A DNA stretch of 64,000 nucleotides from Selaginella moellendorffii (Eukaryota; Plantae; Lycopodiophyta). This document shows positions 1-12,141 of the stretch, one piece after another; positions within the stretch are counted from its first letter, which is position 1; each line of letters starts with the position of its first letter. The stretch spans positions 533,114-597,113 of the forward strand of contig NW_003314263.1 of the NCBI RefSeq assembly GCF_000143415.4, written 5' to 3'. Both the position numbers and the translations under genes were made by a program. The notes below the pieces were generated by a model. It was not told the DNA's origin and did no database searches. It saw only the letters and a list, made by a program, of their open reading frames with translations.

Positions 1-250
1 AGAAGTCGAAGTTGCACGTCAAATATCCTTTTGACTTCTACAAGTTGTCATGAGAACTCGCCTACTGCATCAAACGCATGGATGATGAAACTGACAGTGA
101 AAGGCATATACCTGTTGTAGAGCGTTTCGTGGACTCCGTTACTATACCCCGTATCCGTGCATAGACTTCACTGCCTGTTGAAAGTCACCTCTCCGAGCTC
201 GAGAGATTCTGGAAAAGATGAGGGCCGTTTGTCGTGGAATCAAGCAATTT
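1..250 (-). pseudogene. Degenerate genomic fragment of the KU70 gene (runs off the window edge)
   Basis: Aligns by eye to 18181-18450, e.g. shared tactgcatcaaacgcatggatgatgaaactgacag, gtatccgtgcata and tttgtcgtggaatcaagc. It contains indels and retains the small intron at ~18255-18299. Confidence 0.85.
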
Positions 251-964
251 ACCTTTCTATGTCTCCAGACTCGAAGTTCTAGTCAAACTGAATCATAGAG
301 TTTGAAACATAGAAAAGAAGACACTTGTTAGGGCTCTGCTTTTACTATTTTAGGCCCGTTTTTTACCCTTACTAACTAGGTTTAGGACAAAAGAAACATA
401 AATGGTTGTAAATATAATATATATATAGACAGATATGTATGTATGGTCAGAGATAATGCTAGAGGTATGCAGGTGGATTGTTCCCAATGGTTTTCCTTCG
501 GTGCTACAAGGAAGCTTTTGTTTACGAACAACAATGATTTCAAAAATGGTGATACAATGTGCAAAGGTGATCATTTTTATTGGACTAACGTTATTGCAAA
601 CCCAGAGCTCTGGTTTCAGCGGTTGGGTTTTGCTCCTAACATGAGCTTTCATAGGATGGAAGATCAAAGTTTCTTGGTTGGTGCAGATAAAAGGTATGTT
701 TTGGTGCAAAGTTTAAAGATTGCTAACTCAAGGGTAGGATGTGAAGCCTTTCCAAAAGCTTCTTGTGAGGAAAATAACATTTTCGAGACGAGTATCAGTC
801 TCGGAACGTACGGTCGTTCCGCCAGCTTGAATAGGTTGAAGACTTTGGCTGAATATAAAAATCATTTGCAACTTTTCTATGTAGGCAACAAAATCTTCAA
901 AGCAATTTACAAAGATTTTTGAAGCAATAATTGTTTTAGTTATTATAGTGGAAAATTTTGAAGT

Positions 965-2637
965 TTAGTTTAAATGCTTGGAGGAGAAACGTTTAGGGGA
1001 AGGGGAAATATCTACCTCTGAGCTTGACAACCACTTATGGGAAAGCATTTTCTCAGCAGTAGAGCCATGGCTCTTGAGCGCTTGCACAAATCCTTTGCAC
1101 TCCGGCTGCACCTTGAGCTTGAGCTTCTCGATAACCTCACCAAGCTGATGGAGATCAGAAGTCTTGGTGTACTTCCCATTCACCAAGGTTGTCGGTGTAT
1201 AGCCCGTAAGCAATACCTTCATCTTAGTGCCAGCTTTGGAAACAAGCTCTAAGTCAATAAGCACGTAGCACGCCCTGTCAGGAGACCAGATCATGTTGTC
1301 CAGTCTGACGTCTCGATGAACCAGCTCCAGCTTGTGCAGAGCAGCCAGAGCACTAAGCATGTCCTGCGCAAGGGTCATGCAGTCCTCCGATGTAACCTTA
1401 AACCGTGCCGGGATTCCCAATGGCTGGGTTCGGACCATGTACACCCCCTTTGAAGAAACTGTTGGCATCACCGCAGCAGAAATGAGCTGCTGAACACCGG
1501 CATTGTATGCCCTTTCGATGTGTGATTTAGTAGTTCCATACTTTTTTTTGTAATCTGCCCACTTGTTGATGCTCTTTACGCATCCCTTGCCATCAAGCTG
1601 GATAGTGGACAAGTCCCTCTCGTGTTTTTTGAAGAGCGGCAGCATTCTGAGAAAGAAAAACCAAGAATGAAAAGGTTGACATAAAAAGAAACAGAAACGA
1701 CATACCCGCTAGGTACCATGTCCTTGCAGATGCTTAAGGACAGGAAGTAGAGCTTGAAGTAAAGTAGAACAAGCTTGACACGGTCGTCAATAAGGTTCAA
1801 GTTGTACGCAGGGCTTAGTGGCTCCACCTCAAGACCTGAAGCGCTTTTGACAAAAAGTTGCCATGTCATGCCACCAACAGCAAACGCGAGCACAATCTTG
1901 ATGTTCCCGAGCGCCCAGCTCGGCACTTTGTTGAGCTTGGACGAGATCTCGTTCACAGCCACCACGAAATCGTCGTCATCTGCTTTACCCTCCCCCAACA
2001 TGAACACAAAGTCGACGTACTGAAACAGGAAGTCAGGTCTCTTCCTCGTGCCGAGCCTTGGCGTCTGCATGGATGCGGAAGAAGCAGCTGTCTCCATTGA
2101 AAACTGGTAATCCAGTCGGTCCCCAGAAGCCGAGAAGTCCTTGAGATATTGGAACACCTTACAAAACGCCAGAATGCGAGAGTTGGCCACAATATCTCCT
2201 GAGCCGGTCAAACCAGGGTCAATAGCACTCGCGACGGCCACCCCCAGAATGCTATCCGAAAAGTAAAACGGGCTTCCACCATCCAAGCCACGGGGTAGCC
2301 TTGCCACGCTTTCGACAGAGCGAATTGCCACAGGTATCAAGCCCACCAAGCACCGGATATCTTCCAAGTAGGCTATGAGCTCGGACTTGGTTGGCTCACC
2401 TGCTTGGACCGAGGTGAAGGCAGGAACAGCAGCGATGAGAGTGGCAACCTCGGCTCCACTATCAGTGCGCGAGAGGTACTTCCTTCTCAGAGATACAGAG
2501 ACCGCTGTGTCGCTTAGAAAGCCCGGCACTTCGCGCTGCCAAACATCTTCCCCGGCCTCACTCAGGATGCTGTAGAGCTCGCCCTTTTCAACCTCGGTCA
2601 GACCCTGGAGGTTTGCAAAGCGCTCCCTCGCGTCCAT
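965..2637 (-). CDS. Crinkler/CR-effector-like protein: PD-(D/E)xK restriction-endonuclease-fold domain fused to an atypical protein kinase (2 exons, ~537 aa)
   Basis: ORFs 1576..2637 and 965..1645 are joined in frame by a 59-bp GT..AG intron at 1705-1647 (AGC GG|gtatg...tctcag|A ATG). Nuclease motif KRPDF...GEGK; kinase motifs VK, HRDVRLDN, LIDLE, SDLHQLG. Confidence 0.8.
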
Positions 2638-2761
2638 TTACTGACCCCTGACCTCAGCACGAACGACCAGCCTTTCTCATCCATCCACGATCTTACTTTA
2701 TCTTCAGGTACCCATACCTGTCTTCGCGATAACCTTGTTAGAACTACTTTCAAGCCCCGAG

Positions 2762-3146
2762 TGTCACATCAAAACAGCAGTGCCGAATTGCGCAAAACCG
2801 GGAGCTTGCCCTCGCCCAACAAAGACGGCGGGAGAACAACCAGCCACAACTGCTGCCTCCGGCCACCCCACGATCATTTCCCCTTGTGTGAAGGTGTCGG
2901 ATGGTGCTGGATACTATCTAACCCTGGCCCCTCATCATGCCACCCACAATGGCCACCATGCCACACACAACCCTAAAACAATGGATTGCTGAGTTGATCC
3001 TTGGATGAACCAGCCCCTCCACATCTTGTAGCATCGATCACTCCCCAGTATGAGGGAAAACATTGAGAAAGAAAATAAAAAACTTTCCATACTCCTTCAT
3101 TAGCCACGTCCCATATGTCCTATGGTCCATATGACAGTCTGTAACA
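2762..3146 (-). repeat. Probable 3' LTR of the gypsy remnant
   Basis: TGTCACA...TGTAACA termini, immediately followed by tcactccccctgtc (minus-strand polypurine tract GACAGGGGGAGTGA). No partner LTR in the window. Confidence 0.6.
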
Positions 3147-5030
3147 TCACTCCCCCTGTCCTTAGGGAACACTAGCAGATTCGAGCTCAGCCTGCATGAT
3201 CCAAGTGTCTGTTTTAGAACAGTGTGGCCAAAGGTGGAAGAAGTCTGAAGTGCTGCTTCAATTCGGAAATGTGGAACACATCATGGAGTTTTGTTGACAT
3301 GGGAAGCTTTAGGTGAAAAGCAACTTCATTGATCTTCTCGACCACTAAGAATGGATCAAAGAACCTGGGATGAAGCTTGGAGTGAGCAGCAGTGGAAATG
3401 AACATAGACGTAGTCCCTAACCTCAAAAGTCTGAGAAGATTTGTGGCGATCAGCGAAATGTTTCATACTATCTGAGCTGCAATCGATCACTGATGGACAA
3501 GCTGATGGAGATCTATTGACAAGGACAACTATTTCACACATTGGAAGTGTCTTTGAGCTTTAGTTTTGTGTACCATCCACAGCAAACTGTGAAGGCATAT
3601 CTCGATGGCTACACTATGGATTTTCCATTGTCCTGGTACAAGTGGCTCCCCTTCACTGCATTTGCATACAACATGGCTTTTCACCCTAGGAGCCTCTCCT
3701 TTCTTAGTGGCAGACAGGTGGATAAGTTCCTTTTCCTTTTCAAAACTGACTGTTTCTGAGGCTGCCAAAAGGAATTGAGAAACTTGGGATCTCAGTCCAA
3801 AATAATTTCGTGTGGAAGGCCATGAAAATGAATGACCTCGGAACAGAACTGCTCAACGACCCTCCTTGGCTGTAGCAGTGGATTTCGTTTGTATAAACCA
3901 GCCGACCTTGGTGAAACGATTCACGATCACAAATATGGCACCTCGGACAGAACGAAGGCCGACAGTAAAATCCATGTTAATACTGTCAAATGGACCAACT
4001 GCGAGATGGAACCATCTCATGCTTAGTCTGTTGACAAACCAAGCATTTATGCATTTCTTTCCAATAAAATGGAGTCTGATAGCAGCTAGTCGATGTTCCT
4101 CCTGGATGTCCAGCCACCAAGCTAGAGTGGCACTCACAGAACACCTGTTTGTGAAGGTCATGCCTGCTACTCAAGACAATGCAAGCCTTTATCCAGAGAA
4201 GGTCCTCATCAAGGACATACTTGGAATGATATTGTCCTGCGGACAATGTCCAGACAGCATCCAAAACAGCTAGGTCCTCTTCATACTCATACAAATTATA
4301 TGAGTATATGAGTATAATTATAAATTATTATTTATATGGGAAATTCCATACATAGCAAAATCTTTTGGCGATTGAATATACACCAGGTACTTCCAATACA
4401 ATTCCTAATGCTCTTTCATGTATGTTTGCAAAGAGCCTGTAGTTCCTCGATCCAACTACATTGTTTCTTGCTAAGGTGCTGTTGATCCATCAGGAACTGC
4501 AAGCTGAGGTGATCCACTTGTAGGCAAAAATGACAAAATGAGAGGTAGTGGTGCCATTTATGAATTGTGTGAATCACTCTTGTCATCTCCTATTTGTACA
4601 CCATGCAAGATTCAGCCAAAGAAAATCGATAGCTCTCAAAAGTGATGAAGTGAGAGTCTTGTAAGAGCACACCACCAACCCCTACATCTGAAGCATCTGT
4701 CTCAACAACAAATTCCTTTGAAAAATTTGGGAGGACAAATATTGGAGCAGACAATATTTGTTCCTTCAATGGACTGAAGGAAGCTTGTGCTCCCTTTGAC
4801 CAGGAGAATGTTGACAAACAAATGATGTCAATAAGGGGGGCCACTGTTCAAAGTGTTGCATAAACTTATGCAATTAATTATCAAAGCCAAGAAAAGCTTG
4901 AAATTGCTTGAGAAAGGAAATAACATGTAGCTTATTTAGATCTGCTATCATGGTTTCATTGGCGACTTTGAATCTTAAATAAGTGATCTTTATCATCCAG
5001 AATTCACACTTTAGAAGTTTAGCTATTATG
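2762..5030 (-). mobile_element. Degenerate Ty3/gypsy LTR retrotransposon remnant (3' LTR plus RT/RNaseH/integrase fragments)
   Basis: RNaseH fragment PNFSKEFVVETDASDVGVGGVL (4590-4844), integrase fragments (3853-4294) and GPF-like C-terminus KLHPRFFDPF...LHDVFHISELK (3214-3426). Many stops and frameshifts. Confidence 0.85.
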
Positions 5031-6731
5031 TCAAACAAGATTCTAGGTCAAATGTAATAAGGGTGTTTGATAAAGAGGTAAATATTTTATTTTATGTATC
5101 CTCCTAAGTAGAGCAAAAGAAAGAAATTTAGGCAAAATAGAGTTAACTTTAAACTTAGGCAATGCTCATCATATGAGAAGTAGTTAGGAACAATTACAAA
5201 ATCATATAATATATAAGTAGCATTTAGATGTGCTAAAAAATAACCCTTACTCACTGTTATATATATTTGCATTGAATTAACCATTTTTTCTCCCATTTAT
5301 GACTATTTATGCAAAGTAGAGTTGAGAGAATAATATATACTTATCCTTACTTATGCCTTTGGGGTTTGATGTTGAATTCTTTTTCATTTTATTTTCATTC
5401 TTCTTCTTTTGTCTATGTTCTTGTCTTTGTTTGTTTGTCATAATTTTGTAGGTAGGAGCAAGAATGCGAGTATAGGTAAAAAAAAACTTTATTCACTTTT
5501 GGTGACTACGGTGGGATAAATTATCACTTTTTGGTTTGAAAAATAGTTGAGAGAAAATTGCTTATTAATTCTAAATATACCTAGCACTCAAGTAATTTCT
5601 TCAATGATTGTAGAGGCTTTAAACCTAGACAATATTGAATGAAAAAGTTTTTTTTTTGCAATTGCAATAGCTTAGTGCCCAGACAACATAAGAAAAATAA
5701 TTTTTCAACCATCACATAAGCCACAAAGTATGGGATGAGTTTAAAATTAGCACAAATTAGAGATTGGAAAGATATGGCTTGGGTTAGCATTGTTGCACTA
5801 AACTTTGTTTTCCTTTGAAAAGCTACTTAAGTTATCTAGTTTGGCATACATTGCCAAGAAATTCAAATTCAAATTGTTTAACAAGCAATTTCTTGAGAAA
5901 AATCCAAAAGAAGAAGGAATAGAGTTTGCTTGATATGGAAAATACAATTAACTACTCTAGAATTTTTTCCTTCTAAGCAAGTTTTCATTAAGGTTTTTAG
6001 AGAATATATTTTTCAGTAAAGTATCTCAATTTTTCTAGCATATATAAGGAAGAAAATTATGCATCTGTAACTCTTGTCTTTGACTCTAGCTTAAAGAGAG
6101 ATAAAGCCAGTTTTAGTGAAGAACAAATTGGGGAATTATTTATCAAAATCTTACAACGCTTTGATAGAGAGAGAAGTAGAATAATAATTAGAACATTATG
6201 TTATCTCAAAACTTTAATCCAAGGTCCTTTAGTTTGGACAACCACTCAAACATGGTTTGAGAGTAAACTTGTCTTGAGTTTAAGTCTCTTATGCATATTT
6301 CAAAAGCCTATGAGGCTTGAATAAAACTCATAAGTTAAAAATTTAGAAATGATTATCACGAACCACTTTAACTGTTCTAATCACTTTAACCATTTGAACT
6401 ACTCTTCACCTAGTACACCTAGGCAAATTAGTCAAGGCTTATCTCTTATACATAAAGAACTTACTCAAATATTTGAGTTACAAACACTGCTTAGTGTGAA
6501 AAGTGTCACTCTTATTTAGATTTTGAGAGCACTCACATCATATTTAGCCCCATAGAGAGGAATCAAAGGTAATTACATGAAACATACTCTATATCCCCTG
6601 AAGTAAGGCATAGAAAAAAAGTAAATATACAAATGAATAAACGTGAAAATTTACGTTTTAGACTAGTTGAGCGATACTCAATTGTTAGGAGGAATACTTG
6701 CCACTTTAAGTGTGAAACACCCTTTACAAGG

Positions 6732-9700
6732 TGTTGCAAATGTGATTGTGGGTATTAAAAGTTACTTATCAGCTAGTCCTTTCAAATATTTTTTCCTTAT
6801 TGCCACGATAATAGGAAGTTGGTATTGCTGAACCCTTTATCAATCTTTTTTGTTCAAGTGTTAATAAACTTGATTTAGCATTTGTACTTAGCTAGACGAG
6901 CATAAGAAAGGAATTCTTAAGTGTCTATTTAGCCAAGCATATTTGGCTTAATTTATTAATTCTCTTTTACTTTATCCTGCACTAGCTTGATAGGAACTCC
7001 CATGATATTAAGTTTGGTCCCTCAATATTTGCTATATGATAGCTTGCCATATTTGTCAAACACCCTCACTATCATGCCCTTTGTATTGGTCTCTTTCTGG
7101 TCCTAATTGTTATTTACAAAAAGTGTCTAGATTTATTAATTTGGCATATTTAAGGAATGTCAAAATTATCCTAAATATAATAGTGTTATTCCCATGCCCA
7201 AATTCGCAATCTAACATCATTCAATATTTAGTAAGTTTTCATAAAGACTCATAGTACTAAGAGTGGCTAAGGGTAAAAGCCCAAAGTAGGTATTCCACAT
7301 ATATAATAAGGATAGTGGGCAAATTAGGCATAGTCGACTAACCTGAGGTATAATCTAATTCTCATTTATATGTTTGTCTTTGTTCTACATTTGATTTGGG
7401 TCTAAACCTAAGTTCCACACCATGCTAGCTGGTGGAGTACCTATATCCTCGCGTTAAGCCACCAGTATGCTAAAATAGCGCTAAGTTTTATTTAGCTCTA
7501 TTTTACGTGGCAGTCATAACATTAGGATGTTGAATTCTTTAGGACTGTTCCAAGTTGTTTTGTGCTTTTGTCCCTTCATTTCTTGGGTTATACGCACAAG
7601 AGTCACTCTATACTCCAATTCCTTTGTTCATTGGCTCTATCTTTAAGAGTTCAACTCTATTCCTTCATTTAGGGCTTAAGACCCTAAAACTTGGGTTTTG
7701 CTCCATTGTCCTTGGACACATGGCATATGACATGTGACATATGAAGGGTTTAGGTTCTGCTTCATGGTTATCCTATAATAAATCACCATAGAATAAAGGG
7801 TAAAAACCACGTATGCTACATTTGGTATCAAAGGATACGTCTCAATATGTACTATCTAATGAGATTAGGCAATTAGTTTTGTTACATAAACAAATATGAA
7901 AACAATGATCCGAGTGGGTACACGCTTGGGTGTTAAAACTTCACATTTGTTCATTAGGTATGGATTTTGATTACCTTTTTGTCCTATATTGTGGAAGTTT
8001 GCACTTGGGCTCATAAAATAGATTGAGATCTTCAATTTGAACGAGTTTGTGCTTGGGCTTGTGAATAAAGCACATTAGCAACTCAAGGTTACACTTTGAG
8101 TTGGTAAGATTAATGTTAGCCTGTCAATGGTCCTATGAACTGCTCCATTGTTCGATATAATATGGGTAAAAATAAACTTCCCTTGGGTTTACTATGAGTG
8201 GCAAATAGGCTGGTTTATAGCTATTTAGCACAACACTAGTGGATCCTTCCTAGGCATGATTATGAGTGGATCAATCAAGATTGTAGGGATTAGTCTATTA
8301 GTTCAAATAGTCATACTATGCTTTTTATAAATTTTTCTTGGATTAAACTGAAAATTATGCAAATACAAATTTGAGGTGTAGTCAAAGTTGAGCCCGAAAA
8401 AAGAGTTATTAAGGACGAAGGATCAAACATGTAAATCATCTTTTCTTCTTTAAAAGATGATTTAGCAACAAAATGTGATTTCATTGTTTGTGTTCATATT
8501 ATGCAATCAAGAGTCCTTATCTTAATGCATGTTGGTTATGATGGTTTTACAAGTGGTGAGTCATAAGATGGATAGCAGTAAAGCACTAAACCATTTTGTA
8601 TAAACTTGCTATTGAAAACTTGGGTTACAATGTTTAATTTTTTTCTAGGGAACTTTACTTTTGTTCTTTGAGTAGCTTGGTGTTGGATAAGTTTTGAGTT
8701 TAGTTGGAAAGAGTGGTATGAGTTTGTCTATGTTGTGAATAAAATTGGTAGTGTTCAGTGTTGTAAATCTCTATTGATAGGGTGTGGTATTTATGTTGCA
8801 TTTTATCAAATAGAGTTGGTATTTGATACTTACGTAAATTTATGGAGTAATAATGTGGGCTTGCTCATAACGATGTTTAATTGATGATCAAGTCATTATG
8901 ATGTTTATATTATATTCATGAAATAGTGAGTAATGTGTTTACAAAGTTGTTTAGTCAAACAATGATCAACCCCAAAGTGGTTGATAGTAAAACTAGTCTA
9001 CTTGCAAGTAGTAGCTTTGACTTAATTTTCAATAGTGATCCATTATGCTAAGTTTAAATTAGTACCTTTTTTCCTTGAGAGTTTGCTCATTAGGTATTGG
9101 AAAAAGTTATAATATTCATTTGCTATAGTTTGTTAGTTTATTCATACTTGGAATACATTATTGAATGGAGAAAGTGTGAAATTGAGGCATTGATATTATT
9201 AGCACTTGTATTATTAGAGATAGCATTGTTATATTGAGTGATGAGGAATTTTTCTTAGAGCTTGATTTTCCATGTCATTTTTCTTGTTAGTGTTTTAGCT
9301 TTATACTAAATCTTGAAAGTGATTGAAGAAAAATGTTAATGCAATGTGAATATCCAAAGATATAATCTTTGTAATCAAGTTTTGGGTATTCATTTGCATT
9401 TTACGGATGTCAATGAAAATATGGGCATGATGTTTGATGGTTAAACTTGTTGTTAAGTCATAAGAATTTATGTTGAGGTGAATTTATATGAAGTTGTTAA
9501 TATGAGGAAGTTGATTGAGTCTTGAAAGTTTACATTTTTAAACAGAGTCTCATTTTTTCTTTAGGATGGAAAATTTTCCATAAAATTTCTTATACTTTTC
9601 CAATGGTTAATTTTTTAATAATTTTTCTTGAAAACCATTCCATTTTCATAAGCCAATATAAACTAGTGAAAGGGTTAAAGTTGACTTTGATTAACTCAGA

Positions 9701-10090
9701 CTTAGTTTGTATGATACGGCTCAAAAAGGATACTGACTTTTAAGGTTAAGGCAATTGAGTTAAATAAAGTTTAGAGTTGGTATAAAAAAGTGGCCATTGC
9801 ACTTTTCTAGAAAGATAAATTTTATGTTTTTCTTCTATAGCCTTATAGTAGGTGGTAGATTGCACCTTATATTTCATTATACTCTATGAGAGTAGTAATT
9901 CTCATTGACTTTGACTTGGCCTTAGTGGATCTATACTTTAGCTAAGAATAATGATGTTTAATTAATTGTTTGAAATTAAGGTGTTAATATCCATATTATA
10001 ACTTTATTTATGAGGAGGTTATATACTAATATAAATCCATCTTGCAATCTTCATTTTAGTTTCAACTAAATGTTAATCATGCATAACAAG
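6732..10090 (+). mobile_element. Old, AT-shifted copy of LTR family C (5' LTR 6732-7820, tRNA-Met PBS, non-coding internal region)
   Basis: 6732-7820 resembles the reverse complement of LTR-C (56535-57685). It ends ...gtatgctaca followed by tttggtatcaaag (PBS), and 7821-8600 matches the reverse complement of ~55750-56530. The right boundary is approximate. Confidence 0.75.
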
Positions 10091-10096
10091 CCTAAA

Positions 10097-10860
10097 GGTG
10101 TACATAGTCTAAACCCAGCCATTGGGAATCCCAAGGTTACATCAGAGGACAAGTGCATGAAGCTTGTGTGGGAATGCTTAGTGCTTTGGCTGGTCTTCAC
10201 AAGCTGGAGGTGGTTCATTGTGAAGTGAGACTGGACAACATGATCTGGTCTCCTGTGCTACATGCCATTCAAAGAAACTGTTGGCATCACCGCAGCAGAA
10301 ACAAGCTGCTGAACACCGACATTGTATGCCCTTTCAATGTGTGATTTAACAGTCCCATACTTTGTTTTGTAGACCACCCAATTGTCAATGCTCTTCATGC
10401 ATCCCTCGCCGTCAAGCTGGATAGTGGACCATGCCCTCTCGTGTTTTTTGAAGAGCGGCAGCATTCTGAGAAAGAATCAAGAATAAAAAGGTTGACATAC
10501 GAAGAAAACATACCCGCTAGGTACCATGTCCCTGCAGATACTCAAGCATAGGAAGTAGAGCTTGAAGAAATGCAGAACAAGCTTGACACGTCGTCAATAA
10601 GGTTCAAGTTGTACGCAGGGTCTAGTGGCTCTACCTCAAGACCTGAAGCGCTTTTGACAAAGAGCTGGCATGTCATGCCAACGCGAGCACAATCTTGATG
10701 TTCCTGAGCGCCCAGCTAGGCACCTTATTGAAGCTTGGACGAGATCTCGTTCACAGCCACCACGAAATCGTCGCCGTCTGCTTTCCCCTCCCCAAACATG
10801 AACACAAAGTCGACGTACTGAAGGTCTCTTCCTCTTGCCGAACATTGGCATCTGCGCGGA
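10097..10860 (-). pseudogene. Truncated, internally inverted second copy of the CR nuclease-kinase gene
   Basis: 10262-10860 aligns to ~1447-2075 with indels and the same intron. 10097-10261 is the next kinase segment (HCEVRLDNMIWSP) flipped onto the + strand. Confidence 0.9.
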
Positions 10861-11036
10861 CGATGAGGTACAACTTCTAAGTCCCCTCCACTTCCTTAAG
10901 CTCCAATGAAGTCTTGGGCGGACGAGACGACCGAATGGAAGGGACGAGAAAGAACTAGAGCCCGCATATTTCCTAGTTCTTCGTCCCTGCAAGTCAGAAG
11001 CTCGATCGTGACATAGATCTCTATCTCTTCTTTGAT

Positions 11037-11937
11037 TCAGTCGTCGTCCTCGTCGTCAGCGTCGCCATAAGCAGCGACTAGTCCAGCCATGATCCCCGGC
11101 TTGCTGTCTTGCTCGACGAGGCCTTCTTCGACTTTAGCTTTCTTAGCGGGCCTTTGGAGAGGCTTCACCTTGACAAGGATGCTGGAGTGGGACAGTCGCT
11201 TTGGCCCTGCCTGTAGAGTGTGATTCCAAGGAAAGAACGAAACTTGGTTTCTTACCACGGCCTCTCTCTTTTTTGGCTGGGGAATGGGAGCTGCCTCTTG
11301 TGATGCTTGCATTCTCTTCGCTACCGCTGCCTGCTCGCGACTTTAGCTCAAGAAAGAAAGCCTATGAAACGCAAGCTCACTCACGTCAAAGTTGCTTAGT
11401 TCTAGCGCTTCTTCCTTTGCTACTTGCCGGTCGTGTTCTCTTTTCACCTACATTACTTTCTCAGTAAGTCGAGAAAACGAAAAAATCCAAGGGCGAAAAG
11501 AAAAGAAGGAAGAACCTTGTCAATCCCTTCCAGAAACTCCATTTCCTCTGGATCCAACGCTTTCGGTGGTTCTGTTACACATTCAGTGTGAGCCAAGTTA
11601 ACACACACACACACAGAAAAAAAAAAAAAAAAACTCTCACGGTGTTTGAAGCGGTCTTTGAACTCTTTATCCTGCTTTTGCTTGTTCTCCCTGAGAATCT
11701 AGAAGGACAAGGGAGAAGGAAATATAAGATAAAAGCACGCGCCAAACCTCGTGCAATGGCCTCTCAGGCGCCAGCGTTCCATCCTGAATTGTGGCTCCAC
11801 GCGAAGATTTGAGCTCTTCCAACTGGATAGAGAATGCATAGAGTGATGGAGGGAGCCATGGCTCGAGATTTGATGCATCCCACCTTACTCTCGGAGATGA
11901 ACTGCATCAAGCGCACCGGCTGCTGTTGTTGCTCCAT
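11037..11937 (-). CDS. FAM192A/NIP30 (PSME3-interacting protein) family nuclear protein, multi-exon
   Basis: Spliced translation MEQQQQPVRLMQFISESK / LEELKSSRGATIQDGTLAPERPLHE / ILRENKQKQDKEFKDRFKH / ...RTTESVGSR region, ending GLVAAYGDADDEDDD. This matches the plant NIP30 N-terminal pattern and acidic C-terminus. Confidence 0.8.
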
Positions 11938-12141
11938 AGCTTTTGCCCTAAACCTAAAAACAGAGTGGATTGGAAGGGAAAAAAGAGGGGTTTAACGGCA
12001 TTTTAGGGTTTCTTAGGAAGGGGATCCTAATAACAAGCCTTGAGCGGGAGTTTAGCATTATATTTCAATGGAGATACGATTGAGAAGCTAGCTTAAAAGA
12101 AACGAAAATGAAGAGGATAAGTGAAGAACTCGATTCACTGC

